From assembly GCF_006345805.1 (NCBI RefSeq), contig NC_043002.1, positions 55,180,001-55,244,000 on the forward strand: a stretch of 64,000 nucleotides of DNA. Direction: 5' to 3'. Numbering within the stretch: position 1 is the first letter of the stretch; each line of letters begins with the position of its first letter. The DNA comes from Octopus sinensis (taxonomy: Eukaryota). The notes beneath the pieces were generated by a model that worked only from the letters and a program-made list of their open reading frames with translations, made no database searches and was not told where the DNA came from. Positions 50,605 to 64,000 of the stretch are shown here, in pieces. A program made the translations under genes and the position numbers.

Positions 50605-51988
50605 GTAAAGAAAAGAAAAGAAAAGAAATACGCCTTCAAGACCTCAAAAAAACACTATTACAACGCCAATATTCCTCTACCCTTATAGAGTATGGAATAA
50701 AACGCGCCAAAGAACTAGACAACATTACACTGAAAACCACCCAACCCAACACCACACACAACCCCAAAATACTTCCATACATTTCCACCCACAACCCCAA
50801 AAATATCGAAGCATACACCACAATCATACAAAACCTCAGTCTACTGTCAACAGACCCAAAAATGAAAAACATTATAAATACACACAAAATCCTCAAATGT
50901 AAAAGGCAACACAAATCTTAAAAAAAACTCTTGACAAATGCCAAACTTCACACACAACATCCACCCCCAGCAGTTAAAAAATGTGCACGCCCAAACTGTG
51001 GCACCTGCCCCTTCCTACTTGAAGGCTCTGAATTTATCTTCAAACAAGGAACGAAGTTTAAAATCAAGACCAACTTCTCCTGTTCCTCCGAGAACCTTAT
51101 CTACGTTCTCACATGCGCTGGTTGCCAACATAATTATGTTGGACAAACGAGCCTCCCGTTACGTAAAAGAGTAGCGGTGCATAAAGAACAAATAAATCTC
51201 CCGGAATACCGGCAAATCCCACTGAGTGACCACATAGACTCATGCGCTAAAGACAAAAATCCCAAATTCTACATATTCCCCTTCTACCAATGTAAAGACG
51301 GAATCACCACACAGGAGAGAATTAACAAGGAGAATCTCTTTACTGAAAAATTCAAAACGCATCATAATATGCAAACTCCTCGTTGATCATACTTCTTTTT
51401 TCTACCTCATTCTTCATGGATGGACTAACATAAATATATAAGGATACCATGCAGTCATCACCTCAAGCTAAAACTTATATTCTTTAAATATCATTATTAT
51501 TATTATTGTTATTATTATTATTATTATTTTTTTTTTATTATATATGACATAACAATCTGAAATGTAATTATAAATTGGTTTATGCAAATTTATATAATTA
51601 GAAAACAATATAAATAAAGTGTTAAAATCTGAATGTTAAGTTAGCAAACAATTATATAAAAAAGATAATGCAAATGAAGCTAAAATGATAATTTTATAAT
51701 TTAAGGTTTATTAACACCCTTTATTACAAAAAATTGATAAACATAAATTGAAGAGCTTAAAGCCCATAGAGTTGTCTCCCCTTATTCACAACACAGGAAC
51801 TGGACTACTACTACTTCCTGTTTTGCCATGCACTTAAGAGACACCCTTAATTAAATTAAACAACACATGGATTTAATCCCATTGGATCTCAATACTTCAA
51901 GGTATATATTTATTTTTATTTTTTTGCAAAAAACAATGTAATTTTCTTTTTTTTCCCTCCGCACATTAAAAAAATTTCTTTTCTTTAC

Positions 51989-52030
51989 AATTCTTGAAAA
52001 GTCACATTATGACGAAAACTGGTTTGAATT
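51989..52030 (+). ncRNA. U3:A8 core-variant hammerhead (3' repeat copy 1)
   Basis: Same fold, with stem III AACUGGUU. Copy 2 at 52274-52315 has A at position 16.1 and is predicted inactive. Confidence 0.62.
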
Positions 52031-52419
52031 AATGTATATTTATTTTATCAGTTTTTCAGAAACTTTTCCATACACCCATTGTCATTAAAATTTTCTTTCA
52101 ATTTAGCATTTTTTCGTGAACAATCATTAAACTCAAGATACACACAGACTTTACAATGTATCGGAGTACCTATTTTTTAAATTTTGTATATATTTATTTT
52201 TATTTTTTTGCAAAAAACAATGTAATTTTCTTTTTTTTCCCTCCGCACATTTAAAAAAATTTCTTTTCTTTACAATTCTTGAAAAGTCACATTATGACGA
52301 AAACTGGTATGAATTAATGTATATTTATTTTATCAGTTTTTCAGAAACTTTTCCATACACCCATTGTCATTAAAATTTTCTTTCAATTTAGCATTTTGCC
52401 TTTTTACAATTTTTCCTTG

Positions 52420-52475
<56 letters not shown>

Positions 52476-52928
52476 GTATGTATATATGCATGGATGTATA
52501 AGTAAAGGTAAGATCTAAGGATCAAGGTGTAGGAAGACAGTAAGCTTCGAACAGTCCGTAGAAAGTATAAAAAAAACAACCTTCAGGGACAATAGCGGTT
52601 TATTGGCGAAAAAGGTTGTAAGTGTTTCTCGTAACGAATTTCGATAGGCTGAAAAAAATTGTTTCATAGCTTATGGTAAGCGGTAGGGATTTGTTGTGTG
52701 TGCGAACAGAAATCCTAAATTAGGGAATAGAGGAGATAAAATCTAGGCTAGAAATGTTTCATAGCTAGCAGGACCTCAGAAGTAGTAATTATCCGAACGA
52801 GAGGTAATCCGCTAGCTGTTCGTTGCACCAAAGATAACTTAATCAAAATAAGTCAAAATTGTCGCCAAGGGGTTCCATGTTGATTCGCAAATACTTTCGC
52901 AACAATGTTGACTTCCCTTGATTAAGGT

Positions 52929-53024
52929 ATCTTTGGCCTGACGAGTAGCTAGCGGATAATCCGTCGCTGGGGTAATTATTACACCCGAGGTTCTGCTTAG
53001 CTAAGAAACATATGTAGCCTGGAT
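52929..53024 (+). ncRNA. Type I hammerhead variant, same family as 30985
   Basis: AUC-UUU-GGC-CUGACGA-G-UAGCUAG[branched]UUAGCUA-A-GAAA-C(AUAU)GU-A/GCC-UG-GAU. Confidence 0.7.
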
Positions 53025-53044
53025 TTCATCTATTTCATTCCCTA

Positions 53045-53450
53045 ACTATGTATGTACGTACGTACGTATGTATGTATGTATGTATGTATGTATGTATGTA
53101 TGTATGTATGTATGTATATATGTATGTATGCATGCATGCATGTATGTATGTATGTATGTGTGTGTGTGTGTATATATTTGTATGCATGTGTATATATATA
53201 TATATATATTCACACATACATATCTTTCTCCCTCTCTCTCTATATATATATATACATATATAAATACACATACACACATACACAAATGCATAAATACATA
53301 TACATACATACATGCATGCATAAATATGCATACATACATGCATACATACATGCATGCATGCATGCATACATACATACATACATACATACATACATACATA
53401 CATACATACATACATACATACATACATACATACACACATATACACACAGA
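53045..53450. repeat. (TATG)n / (CATA)n inverted compound microsatellite
   Basis: (TATG)n at 53045-53150 and its complement (CATA)n at ~53300-53440. Confidence 0.95.
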
Positions 53451-53536
53451 GAGCTAAAATGTATGTCTGCTCTAAATTTTAATATTAGCCAACCCAGGCT
53501 TGAAGCAATGTTTGTATTCTCAAAGACGATTAAATA

Positions 53537-54200
53537 CGACGTCTGATCGATAAGTATCCGGACTGTTGCTATAGTAAATAAGCTAAAGCACTCAGAGTGA
53601 GGCTGCTTGGCATAGATTGACCTTAAACTCTGTTGTGCATGCGCACTAAGCTTTAACGTTCTAGCTCACTTCTGCTGTTTACAGCAGTGCTTGGAAGGAA
53701 GGTGTGTAGCATGTGATCGTCGCATTGACCGTGACAGAGAAAGTTGTCATGGCAATACCTGTTGAAGGACTACGTAAAGTTGCTGAAAGTGTATGAAGTG
53801 GGGTATATGAGTCGCACACAAGAGTACGAGTTGTTCAGACGTTTCCAAGATGGCCGAAAAAATATCGATATTCATGAACGTTCTGGGAGACCCGCAACCA
53901 GCAGAACTGAGAAAAACATTGCAGATGTGCGTGCAGCTTTGAGGGGAAATCGTCAAATCACCATCCGTGAGTTATCAGAGGATGTGCAGATTAGTTACGG
54001 TTCAGTTCAGTCCATTATCACTGAAGATTTGGGAATTAGACCCATGTCTGCCAAGTTTGAGCCAAAACTGCTTTCAGATTACCAAAGACACTCGGGTTTC
54101 AGTTGCACAAGATCTTGATTGTGTCGAGAAGGATGAAAACATTTTGGAAACTTTGTGTAGACCTCTGAACAGGAATCGCCAAGCTTTTGGCAAAATTTGA
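53537..54200 (+). mobile_element. mariner relic (5' TIR and N-terminal transposase)
   Basis: MSRTQEYELFRRFQDGRKNIDIHERSGRP...ITEDLGIRPMSAKFEPKLL, the mariner N-terminal and WVPxxL-like region. Confidence 0.85.
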
Positions 54201-56348
54201 TGCAGATTCTCTGCTCAGCTTTTTCTATCCTAGTCAATGCGACGATCTCACGCTACACACCTTCTTTCTAAGTACTGCTGTAAACAACGAAAGAGAGCTA
54301 GAATGTTAAAACTTAGAGCACATGTACAGCAGAGTTCAAGGTCTATCTGTACCAAGTGGTGTTACACTGCGTGCTTTAGCTTCGTTACTATGGTAATAGT
54401 CTGGATGCTTATTGATCAGACAACGTATGGCTACCACAAAGCATTCGGAGTATTTCACACCTCAGGTATCTATTGTCTCTCTCTCCACCCTCTCTCTCTC
54501 CCATATAATAAATACTGCATGACATGATTAACTTAGCTGTTTATCCACTGTCGCTCTCTTTCTCCCGCCCTCTCTTTTCCCTCTTTCATATACTAATAAA
54601 TACTTTCTGTTAGTCAAACTTAGTTTATTGTCGTTTGCGTGTACTGACGTGTTGAATTCTAACATTAACAAGCCATAAATGAAATTTTATTATTTTCTCT
54701 CCCAATTATTGACGTTCTGGCCGTCTGCCAAGCAAATGGGAAACAGTAATTGAAGTAGATAGTGAATATTCTCCGGAATAATCATTTAAAGATGTTTTTG
54801 TTACATGTTGTTGTTTTTGTCGAATAAAAGTTTTGAAAAAAAGCCGCAATAATTATGCACCAACCGAATTTATTCCATAAAATACACTGCAAACAATTCC
54901 CATAAAACTGGTCTCCTGGGCGTGGTATAAAATTTACTATTGAAATGGATAAAGATATTTCGCGATCAAATCGAAACAAGATAAAGGTACGCAGAACAAC
55001 TACTAAATTTAAAATAAGCATTGGGGTAGATCTGTTTGGTTAAATCCTTCAAGGTGGTGCCCCAGCATGGCCGTAGTCAAAAGACTGAAGCAAGTAAAAG
55101 AATAAAAAATGAAAAGGTTTCAAAATTCGCATAAAAGTGCTATTTTAGGGGGTATGTTAAAGTATGGCGACGGGTGTTTTTGTATGAAATCGTTCGAGAG
55201 AACCTGCTAGAGTTTTACATATTTTTATGTTCTTCCTCGTGGGGTTATTCTTTGCAGAGGCTTGTGTTGCTTCTGTATATGTGAGTATGCATGTGTGCCT
55301 ATATGCATGCGCGCGCACACACACACATACACGGACACACACAAACACTCACACACATACACACACATACAAACACATAGATACATATACATTCACATAC
55401 ACACACACATACGCAAACACACGCGGAGACACATACACAAACACGCACACACACATACGCACACACATACACACACATAGATACACACACACACTCACTC
55501 ACACACACACACACACACCCACATACACCCCACATATATACACATACACACACACACACATACACAGATGATGTCTCTATCTCTTGGTCCGAGAAAGACC
55601 AGTTCTGCAATTATTTGCTGCACGAACGATTGGCTTTAAAGTGTTCAAATGTATGTAGCGGACATTAACTCCCTCGCTCCATCATATTAAATGTTGCCCA
55701 CCCTCAACAGATTCACGGCTTACCACAGTTTACCACGGTTTACTGATGTTGAAGTGACCGCAGAGCGACATGAGATCATTTATTTTTTGCTCAAGAGCGT
55801 AACACACCAACTGGTCTAGGAATTGAAACCACTAGGTCATGCACCCTCGCTAAGAAGCTCACTTCCCCACCATATGATTCCAGGTTCAGTCCTACTGCCT
55901 GGCACCTTGGACAAATATCTTCCACTACAGGCTCGGGCCGACCAAAACCTCGTCAGTAGATTTGGTGGGTGGAAACTGAAGAAATGAGTCCAAGCTGCAC
56001 CAAAACCAGAGCGCAATTTATGTGGACGTCCTTTTAAAAGTATGTCTGGTCTAAGAAACCACATGCATATATACATATATAGATGTAGGCGTGGCTGTGT
56101 GGTAAGAAGTTTGCTTTCCAACCACATAATACCGGGTTCGATCCCATTGCATGGCATCTTGGGCAAGTGTCTTTTATTACACACACAGGCCGACCAAAGT
56201 TTTTTTGTGAATAGATTTGCTTGACAGAAACTGAAAGAAGCCCATTATACACACACACACACACACACACATAATACCGTGTTTATTTATTGTTAACTCT
56301 TATATATATATATATATATAGGGAGATGTACTTGCATAGTGAATGACT

Positions 56349-56418
<70 letters not shown>

Positions 56419-56559
56419 AGTTTGTATAATTACGTACAGAAGTGTGTATTAATTAATCAATGAAATTCCATCTTAATCTTATTTTCACGTTTTATTATTT
56501 ACAATTTTTACAATTCCACAATATTGAATTGAAGTAGTATTTTCATGTGTTTCACAGTC

Positions 56560-58200
56560 GTCAGATTTGTGTAGCGACAGTTGTGTTTCACAATTGACAA
56601 CTATAATGAAATAGTTAGATTTTCCCTTTCAGTATCCGCCGGTGGGCTCACCAGGATGAATCTTACGAACTGTATTTTGACCAATCAGTATGTGACTTAG
56701 ATGTCACAATTTGGATCTGTTTCCCAACAGTTCAAAGATGCATCTGTAACTCACTTGTACAAAAACAAGGGGAAGAGTGTATGTGATAAACACAGGGGAA
56801 TAAGCTTGTTGTGCATAGCTGGAAAAAATCTTGCGAGGATGATCTTGAACCACATCAATAAACATCTAAATAAATAACATATATCCTGAATCCCAATATG
56901 GATTTCAGGCTGAGAGGGGCACAGCTGACATGATTTTTGCCCTCTGGTAAGTTCAAGAAAAAGCATGTGAGCAAAAATACTGACTTGTACATGGCCTTTC
57001 TAGACTTGACCAAGGCATTTGGTACAGTGAATCGTGAGGTGGTGTGGAAAAATTTTGTCAAAAGTTGGTCTTCCTGATAAAATGATAAGGGTAATGGTAT
57101 CCCTGCATAAAGGAATGATGGCAACAGTGATATCTGGTAGTCAATGTCGAGAGGCATTTTCTATTGCCACTGGAAGCAAACAGGGATGTGTTTTAGCTCC
57201 TGTGCCTTTTTCCATATGTGTTTTCAAAGACACTCCAACATACTTTCAGGGATTACTATGAATGAAGACGTAAAATTCCAGTTTCGCTCAGAAGGAGGTC
57301 TATTAAACCTAAAAGGGCAAAGTTTCAGATCAAAGAAAAAGACCAAGGAAGAGATCCTGCGTAACTTTTGGGCTTCGATTTCTCATTCATTCGAGGGAAT
57401 TCAGAAAACAGTTGACCAGTTTGCTGTGGCGGTTTGTGCATTTGAACTGACTATCAGCATCAAGAAGAGTGAAGTTTTATTCCAAGCAAACCCTAGGACA
57501 GGGCATACTCAAGATTCAAATGTGATGATTGTCAAAGAGCTACTCAAATGGGTCAAGTCATTTAAATATCTTGGAAGTACAATAAACTTTAAGATTACTC
57601 TGGATGACGAAATAAACGTTAGAATGTCTAAGGCTACAAATACTTTGAGAAGACTTTCCCATTGTTTGTAGGATGAACACGTTGTCAGTCTGTAAACTAA
57701 AATGGCTGTCTGCAAATCTTGTATTTTGAGCACATTTTGTATGGGGCAGAAGCATGGACTCCTTACGTCAGACATATAAAGAAACCTGAAATCTTCCACA
57801 TGTGCAGTTTGTGAAATATCTGCAACATAAAATGGCAAGATATCAAATGTCAAAATCTTAGAATGCTGCTGAGAATTCAGTGCAGATGGGTAGGACATGC
57901 TGTTCGAATGAAAGATGACCCCATTCCAAAAATTCTTTTGATGGACCAACACTGCAGTAAGGGAAGTTACATCCTTAGATATAAGGATAAGTTGAAGCAA
58001 TCATTAAAGTCTCTACAGCTAAATTAGACATCTTGAGAAATTGATTGCCTTGATCGATTTGCATGGCGTAAAGTGTGTCATGATGCATGAAAACAATTTA
58101 AGTTGAAGAAACAAAGGAATAAAAGAATTCTATCCTGCAACCAAGTGACACATTTGTCCAGTCCCAGGCAAAATTAAAATCATCAGTGTCCCCATTGCAC
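56560..58200 (+). mobile_element. Highly decayed RTE-clade LINE RT fragment
   Basis: FLDLTKAFGTVNRE, GSKQGCVLAP and FKYLGSTIN...LDDEINVRMSKA occur across frameshifts. Confidence 0.8.
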
Positions 58201-58422
58201 CTTTATAGCAAAATCCATTCCCTGGACTTAAATTACATTCACACATCCATCACAAGTAGATGCATCTTCTTTTATTCTTTGCTTTCTTTCTCTTTAAGTT
58301 CTCTTCTTCAAACACTCATAAGTCAAAACCGACGGGATGCACACACGCGCACATACACACTCGCACACACACAAAACACACATGCGCGCGCGCACACACA
58401 CACACACACAAGTATACACACA

Positions 58423-58483
<61 letters not shown>

Positions 58484-58491
<8 letters not shown>

Positions 58492-58640
58492 TGCTGAAAA
58501 GTTCTTGGCTTTGGCCTAAAGAAAATAGAGGAAGATCAGTTAATTATGATTTAATCCAACATATTCCCCTCTCAGATTCACACATTTTTTGCAGCGGTCC
58601 TTCAGTTTTTCTAAACACTGTAAAAGAACTTTTCAATACC
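58484..58640 (+). mobile_element. mariner-like terminal fragment
   Basis: Begins CGAGGGGGTGCTGAAAAGT, a mariner-type TIR start, after a (CA)n tract. Confidence 0.5.
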
Positions 58641-58674
58641 ACTTTTCAATACCAGCAACTTTTCAATACCACTC

Positions 58675-58718
<44 letters not shown>

Positions 58719-58729
58719 TATATATACAT

Positions 58730-58761
<32 letters not shown>

Positions 58762-58762
<1 letters not shown>

Positions 58763-61118
58763 AAACTCTCCTCTCAGACCACGACATGGTACTCTGCAAT
58801 TTTAATTCCCGACATATAAAAACCAAACCAGCCAATCCCACTCCATGGCACCCATTTGACAACATAAACTTCCCCAAAGCGAACTGGGGAGCAATCAGAA
58901 AGTATCTGTCTTCCATCGACTGGTCTTTTACTCTCAATTCCTCTCATACTGAGACCGCGTGGCAGCACTTTGAAAACATTGTCACCTATACATGCTCTAA
59001 ACACGCTCCCACGAAATCTACTAACACAAACAGAAACCGGCTCCCTAAAAAGAAAAAAAACACTCATCAGGCGCATCAAAAGACTCAACAAAAAAATCAA
59101 CCAATTGAAATATTCCCACACACAACATCCACATTCAACAACAATGAAAAGACTAGAGATGGAAAAACTTCATCTGCAGACCAACATGAAAACCTTCATT
59201 GAAAATCAAAGAGCTGAGGAGGAACAGTGGGTAATCAAAAACATCAAACAGAAGCCAAAAGTGTTCTATTCTTATGCAAATAAGCATAGAACCACTGTCT
59301 CACCCATTGGGCCATTGATTGATGATAACGGCATTTCCCAACACGATGCTTAAGAAATGGCAGAAATACTGCAGAAACAATACTGCTCTGTCTTTAGTGT
59401 TCCCACTGATATTGACGTAAGAGAAACGAACGAAGTTGACTCCCAACATAAAATCTCAGACATCACCTTCAATGCCACTGACATCGTAGCAGCAATAAAT
59501 GAGGTCAAATATTACTCTGCTGTAGGCCCGCTAGTCTCCTGAAGGAATGTAGACACCAACTTGCAGTCCCTCTGACCAACCTCTGGAGAAATTCGTTAGA
59601 CGCAGGTTATATACCGAAACAGTTTCTATCCCAGTCGGTCATCCCGGTTTTCAAACAGGGAAACAGATCCCTCGCAATCAACTATCGCCCAATCTCACTC
59701 AACTCCCACATCATTAAAGTGTTTGAAAGAGTGTTAAGATCAAGGATAGCTGACTTCCTGGAGACCCACAAACTCCTAAATGCAAATCAGCTTGGCTTTC
59801 GCTGTGGCAGGGACTGTCTAACACAGCTCTTACACCACATTGAAGATGTACTCAAAGCCTTGGGAACAGGTTCGAACTCTGACGTCATATATCTTGACTT
59901 CAGTAAAGCGTTCGACAGGGTAGACCATAATATCCTACTCTCAAAATTGGCAAATGTTGGAATCCGGGGAAAAGTTCTACACTGGATTAAGTATTTCCTG
60001 GCGAATAGAACACAACATGTTGTAGTTGATGGAGTCCACTCAAACCCAGCAAAAGTCACCAGCGGTGTTCCCCAGGGGACTGTTTTGGGTCCGCTACTCT
60101 TCATAATTTACATAAACGACCTTTCCAGTGTCGTACATTACTGCAAAGTGAAAATATTTGCTGATGACACTAAGCTCCAGCAAATCGTCAATGAAGAAGC
60201 AGACCGAGCTCAACTCCAGTCTGATCTATATGCCGTGAGTCAATGGGCAGACAGAAACAAAATGCAACTGAATGAGGGAAAATTTGAGCTGATGCATTTT
60301 GGAAGAAATTCCTCACTAAAACAACCATACTCTCTTCCTTCAGGGGAACCGCTCACAGCCTCTAACAATATCAGAGACCTGGGTGTAATTGTTGATGACG
60401 ATCTCAGTTGGAGTGCACACATCAACATATAGCTCGTAGGATGAGTTCCTGGATCTTAAGAACTTTCCGGTCCAGAGAACAAGGTGTCATCATACCACTT
60501 TTTTCCTCCCTTGTACGGCCACACCTTGAATACTGCTGCCCACTGTGGTCTCCCCATACAAGACGAAACATCTCCAGAATTGAGTCTCCCCAGAGGGCAC
60601 TCACTAAACGAATTGAAGGCATGGCCGCTTTCGATTATTGGGATCGCCTTAAAGTCTTGAAACTTTACTCCCTCCAGCGTCGCCGTGAGCGGTACATCAT
60701 TTGTACGATGTGGAGAATATACCGCCAACTTTGCCCAAACGACCTTAACATTAGCTTCAAGGTTCATCCAAGACTGGGACCACGGGCCATACGACCCCTG
60801 CCCAGTTCAAGATCACAACATACATGTACACTGCAACATAATTTCTTTTCCTCAACAGGCCCTGCCCTATTTAACATTGTCCCGAAGGAGATCAAAGAGG
60901 AAAAGGATCCCATCAACTTTAAACGGAGTCTGGATAGATTCCTTCAAAGAATATCAGACAAGCCACCCATAATTGGATACAACTCACCCAACAAGAACTC
61001 ACTACTTGAACAAAACTTGCCTTAAACAGGATTCGCATAATCCTATCAGGTGGTGCTATTAAGTTAGACATGGCCTGGACCAATCTTTGGTCGAAACATA
61101 TCTAAGTTTATCTAAGTT

Positions 61119-61120
<2 letters not shown>
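58762..61120 (+). mobile_element. 5'-truncated CR1/L2-type LINE (end of APE domain, RT, 3' tail), disrupted
   Basis: SDH end of endonuclease; NYRPISL, YLDFSKAFDRVDH, SGVPQGTVLGPLLF, FADDTK, YCCPLWSP, SLQRRRERY, PALFNIVP. 3' hairpin GACCAA-TCT-TTGGTC and (TATCTAAGTT)2 tail. Stop at ~59353, deletion near 59540, frameshift near 60425. Confidence 0.95.
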
Positions 61121-61150
<30 letters not shown>

Positions 61151-61868
61151 TGTATGTATGTATGTATGTATGTATGTATGTATGTATGTATGTATGTATG
61201 TATGTATGTATGGCTAGGTGGTACGATCTTAAACAAAACAAGAGAAGCATAATGTCCAATGTAATCTTATATAGACTCCGCCTGAAAGGAAAGACAGGAT
61301 GTTCACAACTGATACGCCATTTATCACAGGTTCCCACGAAGTAGGAACAAAAATATTAACCACAACGACAATCCTGAACTTTGGCCAGCAGTTCACAGGT
61401 AGTGTGTAAATCGATTATCTTGACTTCAGACTGCTAATTAATAATGATGATGATGATGATGATAACACGGGCTACAGCATATATTCTGCTCAATACTACG
61501 ACCTTAAACCAGTAGAGCATGTCCCTTAGTGGCTGACGATATGTGTGTCTCTGATCACGAGAAGAAGTAGTGGGGGAGAATCATAACCATGCGTTGAGGG
61601 GAATTCTTTGGGGTTTGAATAATTCACCTCCGGAAACATGGGTGTTTCGACCTTTTGAGAGGGATAGGCAGCACGACCTGAAGAAAATTCTAACTGGGCC
61701 CCACCTGCAAGGTCATGCGCTATTTATCTTGATATGAGATCCTCATATCACGCACATATGATTGTGATACATGTACCTGGTGTGGTCTCATGAGACGGGT
61801 AATCATGATGGGTATATTCGGTTTCGTATATTTGTACACCAGTGTAACTTTGATGGCATGCACTGCGC

Positions 61869-61962
<94 letters not shown>

Positions 61963-62203
61963 CAACAACAACAATAATCCTTTCTACTGGAGGCACAAGG
62001 CCTCAAATTTGTGGGGAAGGGGTCTAGTCGATTACATCGACCCCAGTGTTTTACTGGTACTTAATTTATTGACCCCCCCACCGCCCGAAAGGACAAAAAT
62101 CAAAGTCGACCTCGGCGGAATTTGAACTCAGAATGTAGCGACAGGCGAAATTCCGCTAAGCATTTCGTCCTGTGTGTTAACGATTCTGCCAGCTCGCGCC
62201 GCC

Positions 62204-62286
<83 letters not shown>

Positions 62287-62290
62287 GATA

Positions 62291-62935
<645 letters not shown>

Positions 62936-63626
62936 AATAATAATGATGATGATGATGATGATGATGATGATAATTCTTTCTGCTGTCGCCACAAAGTTGG
63001 AGGAGAAATTTCGGTGGCATCGGACCCCATTGTCCGACTGATACGTATTTTATCGACCCCGAAAAAAATATTACGGTTTCTGATTTTTGCATATGCCCAC
63101 TAATTTTAAGGGTAGGGATTAGTCAATACCACTGGTCTCAATAATTCACAGGTACTTTATTTTATCGACCCCTAATGGAGAAAAAGAAAAGATAACTCCG
63201 ACAGGATTTTAACTCAGAATAAAAAGATAACGGATGCCTTAAAGCGTTTTTTTTTTTCCCCCGACACTCTTCCGATTTCGCCAATTGGTATAAATCGGGT
63301 GAGGTCGAAGCCAACTGATGAAAGTTATTTGATAAAATCAACAAGTAGAATTAAACAATGGTTTAATTGTAGTGTAAGCAGCTGGAAATATTTCGTGCTG
63401 TGAAGTGATGCGGAAAGATAGATGATATAGACAAGAATAACTTGAATATAGTTAGATAAAATCACTGAACTGAAACGGGATATGAGAAAAGACACGTAAA
63501 GTTAAGCTCAAAGGCCGGTTTTCAGATAGGGGATTCGATATTAGTCAACCGTGAGAGAATTTACTGAAATGGCAGAGAGTGAATGTATGATAGTGAGTGG
63601 AGAGAGAGAGAGAGAGAAGTAGAGAA

Positions 63627-63682
<56 letters not shown>

Positions 63683-64000
63683 GTAGAGAGAAGAAAAGAT
63701 ACAGAAAATACAAGAATGGAAATGACACAGTGAACGTCATTTTTAGTCTTCTCATTTTTTGCTACAGCTTGACCTTGGACGACATTTAAAAACGTTCTTT
63801 TTACTTGTTGGAGCACCGTCTTAAAGGGTGTTAGTCGAAGACATCGACCCCCAGGACTTAAACACACAAGCATCAATTATCAAGTGACGGTGAGGGAGGG
63901 GAACAAACACAAACACAAACATATATATATATATATATGATGGACGTCTTTCAGTTTCCGTCCACCGAATCCACTCACAAGGCTTTTCTCGTCTTTGATA

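Larger units (their letters stand above)
50470..52410 (+). mobile_element. Penelope-like element 3' part (Neptune-type Cys linker and GIY-YIG) with inverted 5' terminal repeat and two tandem 3' repeats
   Basis: 50636-51386 encodes ...KKCARPNCGTCP...NLIYVLTCAGCQHNYVGQT...RVAVH (GIY-YIG). 50470-50625 is the reverse complement of the repeats at ~51960-52110 and ~52255-52410. Confidence 0.9.

Noticed and set aside
54230-54670. Possible solo LTR (TG...CA, AATAAA)
   Set aside because: No TSD, second copy or primer-binding site found.

Overview
AT-rich, repeat-dense animal genomic DNA. The SINE families, microsatellite load and LINE types resemble an octopus or other coleoid cephalopod; this rests on pattern recognition, not a database search. 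One host gene can be assembled completely: a 7-exon alpha-carbonic anhydrase on the minus strand (CDS exons 31665-31701, 18148-18336, 13446-13567, 12194-12289, 8382-8496, 5688-5797, 952-1056; 774 nt, 257 aa; all introns GT-AG and phase-compatible). It keeps the three Zn-binding His, but has Leu at the His64 proton-shuttle position and Ser at Gln92, and it ends in CCSN. Its terminal exon is present twice in a ~824-bp tandem duplication, which may be an assembly artefact. The rest is transposon-derived: a decayed full-length Tc1 (DD34E), mariner relics, several MITE/foldback elements, CR1/L2-type, RTE-type and R4/Dong-type LINE fragments, Penelope-like GIY-YIG fragments and many tRNA-derived SINEs. 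The main hidden layer is about 15 type I hammerhead-ribozyme motifs, intact or decayed, from several unrelated repeat families. They include a tRNA-headed SINE carrying a hammerhead and Penelope-style 5' inversions, a U3:A8 compensatory core variant in Penelope terminal repeats, and a two-copy family with a G.A mismatch at the base of an extended stem II.
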